Assembly (NCBI GenBank): GCA_038247415.1
Contig: JBBRUX010000013.1
Span: forward strand, 13,020 to 77,019
Reading direction: 5' to 3'
Origin: Chitinivibrionales bacterium
GTDB taxonomy: Bacteria > Fibrobacterota > Chitinivibrionia > Chitinivibrionales > WJKA01
Length of the DNA stretch: 64,000 bases
A model generated the notes under the pieces. The model did no database searches and was not told the origin of the DNA. It saw only the letters and a program-made list of their open reading frames with translations. Position numbers and translations under genes: made by a program. Positions within the stretch are counted from its first letter, which is position 1. Each line of letters opens with the position of its first letter. This document shows positions 59,258-64,000 of this stretch, piece by piece.

Positions 59258-60577
59258 ATGCCTTTCACTCTATTAAATATCTTTGCAGTAAGTCGCCCCT
59301 TTTTTCGTGTAGGTCGAGGTGCGCGTTTGTTTTCGATATTTTTGATATGTATTGCAACTACCCATTTATTTGCAGCCGAAAGCAAACCTACCAAATCTCA
59401 TAAAGTTCTGCTCGTATCTAGTCCAACAAACAGCTACCCATGCCTTTTTGGACCACATGATACCCCGTCAAAAGACTCACTACCAAAAGCCTCAATTGCA
59501 CTTGATTCGCTTTCGGGTTCTCGTTTAGATAGTTTACTTTTGGTTATGGTTACGGTTCCCTGTTCACTTTCAATTAAAGCAATCATTACTGCAGGTGCAG
59601 ATATAAATACTACCGATACATTCGGATCAACACCACTTTGTAAAGCAATCGAATATGCAAATACTCCTGCTGTAAACCTTCTTTTATCTGCAGGCGCCCA
59701 AGCAAACCTCACCGACAAACGAGGTGTTTCTCCCTTAATGCAGGCCCTCATACGCCACGACATGAATATTCTGGAGGCACTCTTAAGCCATGGGGCAAAT
59801 GCTGCTGGTTTTGATCCCGATGGATTTCCCCTTCTCTTTTGGCCCATTCGAAGCAATGATTCCCTGGTCACAGCCATCATGCTTCGCTACGGAGCAAGCG
59901 CCTATCAAACCGATAAGGATGGACGTACCGCGCTCATGATTGCCGCCGGATCGGGCAATCCCGGTATTGTCTCTATGCTTTTGTCCTATGGCGCGCAATG
60001 CGACATGACCGATATGAACGGACGGCATGCACTTTTTTATGCTGTGGAGCGTCGCGATCCGCGAGTCGTATCACTGCTTTTAAATGCGCATTGTTCCACC
60101 ACGCTTACCGATCGGAACAACATTTCTCCTCTTCGTATCGCAATGCAAATGGGAGCAAATCAGATTGTATCGTTACTCATTGCACAAGGCGCCGATGGTT
60201 ACACCCCTCTTATGGCTGCTTGTCGAGACAATAATCCTGCTCGCGTCGATTCGTGCCTGACAAATGGACTCGGACAACTAGAAAAGCGCAATACCTATGG
60301 ATCTACTGCGCTGATTATCGCAGCATCAATTGGATCCTACCCCATTGTTCGTCAGCTTATTTCGTATGGAGCAAATGTCAATGCTCAAAACCAGGTTCTT
60401 GGAAGTGCTCTCATATATGCCGTTTCTGCGCATAATGTCGATATGGTAAAACTCCTCCTCGAAAACGGCGCACATCCCGATCTCCCTGGCGTGACGGGGG
60501 AATCTCCACGTTCTATGGCTACTAAATCGAGCGATCGTCAATTGCTTGACTTGCTGGATAATAAGGGTTTTAGGTAA
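59258..60577 (+). CDS. Ankyrin repeat protein with signal-peptide-like N-terminus
   Basis: Many G.TPL..A...G....V.LLL..GA repeats. Start uncertain (TTG 59228 or ATG 59258). Confidence 0.9.
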   Translation: MPFTLLNIFAVSRPFFRVGRGARLFSIFLICIATTHLFAAESKPTKSHKVLLVSSPTNSYPCLFGPHDTPSKDSLPKASIALDSLSGSRLDSLLLVMVTVPCSLSIKAIITAGADINTTDTFGSTPLCKAIEYANTPAVNLLLSAGAQANLTDKRGVSPLMQALIRHDMNILEALLSHGANAAGFDPDGFPLLFWPIRSNDSLVTAIMLRYGASAYQTDKDGRTALMIAAGSGNPGIVSMLLSYGAQCDMTDMNGRHALFYAVERRDPRVVSLLLNAHCSTTLTDRNNISPLRIAMQMGANQIVSLLIAQGADGYTPLMAACRDNNPARVDSCLTNGLGQLEKRNTYGSTALIIAASIGSYPIVRQLISYGANVNAQNQVLGSALIYAVSAHNVDMVKLLLENGAHPDLPGVTGESPRSMATKSSDRQLLDLLDNKGFR

Positions 60578-60634
60578 TTCTTAAATGTTTTTTGCCCTCC
60601 TGCTTAAGCGTTAAGAATAAATGCATACGATTTT

Positions 60635-60780
60635 GGGCATTCCGGTTTCCCCGTCGCCCCTTCTTCCGGGCTCTTGCTTCGCAAGCCGGTCTTTTATGCC
60701 ATGCGGCACTGCGTGCCTGAGTCATTCAAGACTGAAAGCTTCACTCCGTTTTGCTTTCACCCTCCAGTCCTGGCTAATGC
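60635..60780. ncRNA. Candidate structured RNA or non-autonomous repeat element
   Basis: GC-rich island in an AT-rich intergenic region, with nested stems closed by GCATT/AATGC. Family not identified. Confidence 0.4.
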
Positions 60781-61021
60781 GCTTGACATAAGATCCCCAT
60801 GCATTCATACCCCTCTCTGTATCGGTATGGAGCCGACGGTGGCAACCGTGGCGCCCGAATGGATTGAAATTAAAAAGTCGCCCAGATTCAGGATTTATAT
60901 GAAGAATTAATAGGTAGACATCTAAAAATTGGAATGTATCCGAAATTCTCCCTTTTATAGTGGATTTATCGTATATTATCAATTAAGAGTTCCGCTCTAC
61001 ATTTTTTGATCAGGACTTTTT

Positions 61022-62434
61022 GTGAATAGTCTCCCCCAACTCAGAATACTTATTTCGTTGCTATCAGCATTAGGCTTACCTGCAAATGCCTATGGAACGT
61101 CATTAACAAATACTAGTATTCCAAATTCCCCTGAATCTGAATGTATCCAACTCATTACACCCGGGACTTATGGAACTTTCGATACTATGTGTGTTTTCGT
61201 TGATAATGAAACAGTTTCGGCCACGCAAGCAATAACTCGCGATACCAATGGGAATGGCTTGCTCGATCGTATCGAACTTTATTTCGACAAAGCCCTTTCA
61301 AAACCAAATGCCCTCATGGCAACGGTGAGAAGCCCTGCAATACGAGGCGTCTCGAATACCTTCGACATTCAATCAATCACCCCGTCAGGGCGTACTACCC
61401 CTGAAACGATATATTATGTCAATCTTAAAGAAGATCGCTCTCTTGACGAAGCTCAAACAGGCTGGATTCCTGCTATCCGCCTTGCTGCCCTGGAGAACAT
61501 CAATCCCGTTGTCGTGGAAGTTATCGATGGAGCTGGACCTGTTATCGTTTCAGCATCAGAAATCATTCGCAATCTCAATCCACGCGCAAAAAAAAACACT
61601 GTTACTATTCTTTTTTCCGAACCCATAAAAACCGCCACTGCTCGCCAACTGCTTTGGACCGACGCTCCGCGTGATCTTTTTTCGGTTTATGCACTCAAAG
61701 ATTCTGCTTATATTCCTCTTTTAAGCTTCCTTGACAGTATCCCTTATTTCGATAAAATATCTTTAGCAAATACCGCACCATCAGTTACTTTTATAGCGCG
61801 CACGTGCGATTTTAGTAACAGCCAGTTTATCAACTTAAAAACATCAGTGCTAAACGGATCAACCGCATCCTTTATTACCGATGCAACCACTCAGCACAAC
61901 AAACCCGCGGCAAATAATCGTCTTATACCAGTTATCGTTTACTACGATTCATGCACCATGATCAGCGCCCCAAACCCATGTATTCCCTACCCGAGCATCC
62001 AAAGTAGCGATAACATTTTGCACGTGTACTCAAAAAGCGAAGCAACACGCAAGATATCTCGAGGCGGCACACTATTTCAGCTTACTCTCTCACCACAGCA
62101 AACAGCAACCGCTGTAACCAAGGTTGTTGGCATGAGTGCAAGCTTGTGCATTTACGATGCGATAGGGAACCTTGTTTACAAAAGATTCAATCACAACGCC
62201 GAAAATGATCCCACTATCCAAGACTTAATTAATAATGGAACATCGTGGCTCCCCGGCCAGCGCAGAGACCTCTTCTTTTATTGGAATGGCTTTAATGATG
62301 TAGGAATGGCAGTAAGTCCTGGAATATACCGCGCTCTTGTTTCTATTACACTTAAGGCTAGCGATCCCGTAACCAACCGAATTGCCAACCAAAATTTTTT
62401 ACCTTCGGTTGCGTTAGTAGGGGTGAGTAGATAG
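61022..62434 (+). CDS. Exported protein with Fibrobacterota-type repeat region and FlgD-Ig-like C-terminal sorting domain
   Basis: Signal peptide; RDTNGNGLLDRIELYF, DGAGPVIVSA, IYDAIGNLV...FYWNG.N..G..VSPGIY. Confidence 0.65.
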   Translation: MNSLPQLRILISLLSALGLPANAYGTSLTNTSIPNSPESECIQLITPGTYGTFDTMCVFVDNETVSATQAITRDTNGNGLLDRIELYFDKALSKPNALMATVRSPAIRGVSNTFDIQSITPSGRTTPETIYYVNLKEDRSLDEAQTGWIPAIRLAALENINPVVVEVIDGAGPVIVSASEIIRNLNPRAKKNTVTILFSEPIKTATARQLLWTDAPRDLFSVYALKDSAYIPLLSFLDSIPYFDKISLANTAPSVTFIARTCDFSNSQFINLKTSVLNGSTASFITDATTQHNKPAANNRLIPVIVYYDSCTMISAPNPCIPYPSIQSSDNILHVYSKSEATRKISRGGTLFQLTLSPQQTATAVTKVVGMSASLCIYDAIGNLVYKRFNHNAENDPTIQDLINNGTSWLPGQRRDLFFYWNGFNDVGMAVSPGIYRALVSITLKASDPVTNRIANQNFLPSVALVGVSR

Positions 62435-62478
62435 TTTTTTCCCTAACAACGCAAAGTCAAGAAAGACTCGCAGACACC

Positions 62479-63177
62479 ATGAAAATAAGTATCGTTATTC
62501 CTGTTTACAACGAAGAAAGAACAATCAAAGAAATAGTTGGCATTGTGCATGCAGCTTCTATTGGGGATGGTAATACCAAAGAGATCATTATTGTCAACGA
62601 TTGCTCACAAGATAAAACAGGCGAGGTCCTTGAAAGTCTACACAATGAAACTGTCCGTGTATTTCATCATTCAGTTAATCTAGGAAAAGGCGCGGCCCTT
62701 CGCACCGGCTTTTCGCACGCTAGCGGAGACATTATCCTAATCCAAGACGCCGACCTCGAATACGATCCTAGCGAATACCTGCTTCTTTTGGAACCAATAC
62801 TGCACGATAAAGCAGATGTAGTTTTCGGTTCCCGGTTTATCTCAAACCGCCCGCACCGCGTTCTTTATTTCTGGCACTCTATTGGGAACCAATTCCTCAC
62901 ACTGCTTTCAAATATGGTAACGAACCTTAACATTTCAGACATGGAAACCTGCTACAAAGTATTTAAAAGCTCCGTTCTTAAATTCATAACAATCGAAGAA
63001 AATCGTTTCGGCTTCGAACCCGAAATCACCTGCAAAATTGCCAAAATCCCCGAAATACGTATCTTTGAAGTCGGCATTTCTTACTACGGCCGAACCTATG
63101 CAGAAGGAAAAAAGATCGGATGGAAAGATGGATTCAGGGCTATTTGGTGTATTGTAAAGTATGGGGTTCTGAGGTAG
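62479..63177 (+). CDS. Glycosyltransferase family 2 (DPM1-like)
   Basis: ISIVIPVYNEE, VNDCSQD, GKGAALR, QDADLEYDP, DMETCYK, GRTYAEGKKIGWKDG. Confidence 0.93.
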   Translation: MKISIVIPVYNEERTIKEIVGIVHAASIGDGNTKEIIIVNDCSQDKTGEVLESLHNETVRVFHHSVNLGKGAALRTGFSHASGDIILIQDADLEYDPSEYLLLLEPILHDKADVVFGSRFISNRPHRVLYFWHSIGNQFLTLLSNMVTNLNISDMETCYKVFKSSVLKFITIEENRFGFEPEITCKIAKIPEIRIFEVGISYYGRTYAEGKKIGWKDGFRAIWCIVKYGVLR

Positions 63178-63335
63178 GGGAAATAAAATGCATTACAATA
63201 GCAAAAGTCATTGCGAAGCAATACTCGTGCGAATGGACATAACCAAGCCCTATGCCGAAACCCACAAGTCTTCAATATCAACTGATTATCTTTTTTGCAT
63301 CAATTGACTTAACGATTTGATATCGGACATTCCAA

Positions 63336-63899
63336 TTATTCACTAATAGTAAATACCGAATCAGATTGACCCATCAGAGCTGATTGATTATAATCCGCAA
63401 GTTTTACTAAACATTTTGTAGAATTAATCGTAACAAGTTCAGTTAATACCGAAAGTGCAATAGAATCTGGAATTACCTATTTAAAACTGCCCCAAGTCGG
63501 ATTCCCTCTGCTCATTGAAGCATTTGGCAACTCAATCCAGTTTTTTCCTGCATCGAGGGACAAATATCCTTTAGCGGTGGTCATTTTTTTCCCATCTTCC
63601 GACCAACTAATTGTCAATGTGTCGCCATGATGAAATATTTCGCCACCGTGTGGGCTATTCAATTTTACCCACCCAGAATCAACACTTAGAATGACTGCAG
63701 TGTCTGAACTAGTGCCAAGCGTATCGCCCGAAATATTTTGTGGATCTGGTTCAATCCACCCATAAGCTGTTGCATCATCAACTTGTGACGTATTTGTAAT
63801 TCGATACGTGCTCTCAATTGCGGTATAATCGGAATTAAATTTTCCTATATAAACATCTCTTGGGCTGCCATCAAAGGGTCCTCGGTATGATTCAGGCAA
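63336..63899 (-). pseudogene. Broken gene: 5'-truncated, Ig-like C-terminal domain interrupted by TAG at 63477-63479
   Basis: SPHGGEIF..GDTLTISW...LSLDAGKNW...GSFK*VIPDSI...CLVKLADY...SDSVFTISE; the frame continues 46 codons past the TAG. Confidence 0.6.
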
Positions 63900-64000
63900 A
63901 ATGTCCGCTTGATGTAATTTAATTTAAGAACATACTTCCGCAATTGCAATTCTGTGTTTCAGTCTAACTTCCTTAGGTATTCCGAACACTCTTTGTCGTC

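Noticed and set aside
60839..60910. CRISPR array
   Set aside because: A single repeat-like sequence with no periodic copies and no cas genes.
60674..60982. ORFs of 78 and 86 aa in the intergenic region
   Set aside because: TTG starts, no RBS, no recognisable motifs, and they overlap structured DNA.
39575..63479. Alternative genetic code or stop reassignment
   Set aside because: The two internal stops differ (TAA, TAG), and conserved genes end normally at TAA, TAG and TGA.

Overview
Bacterial chromosomal window. It is most likely from Fibrobacterota (Chitinivibrionia/Chitinispirillum-like), inferred from the TIGR02147 gene, DUF2341/LamG lipoproteins and Fibrobacterota-style C-terminal sorting tails. 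No database search was run, so all family calls come from motif recognition. Layout: (1) 1-8605 (-), an atypical polysaccharide-export operon: FecR-like gene, beta-helix/beta-barrel protein, short OPX, MinD/FlhG-like ATPase, ExeA-like ATPase, and a Wzc-type BY-kinase that the ORF track missed and that runs off the left edge. (2) An NhaD remnant. (3) 9310-20676 (-), a Hanks Ser/Thr kinase, a beta-helix protein, two giant paralogous DUF2341-LamG lipoproteins and a PAS hybrid histidine kinase. (4) An aldo/keto reductase and a TIGR02147 + lipoprotein pair. (5) A 14 kb LPS glycosyltransferase cluster. (6) The rimP-nusA-infB-rbfA-DHH-truB-ribF-rpsO-pnp operon, kdsA and tadA. (7) A solitary type IV pilin with a structured leader. 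(8) gltBD under a sigma54-type promoter. (9) An ankyrin protein, a structured GC-rich intergenic element, a sorting-tail protein, a GT2 and a broken gene at the right end. I found no rRNA, tRNA, CRISPR array or transposase. The best candidates for an undescribed system are the two linked surface operons at 1-20.7 kb and the candidate structured RNAs at about 52.1 kb and 60.6-60.9 kb.
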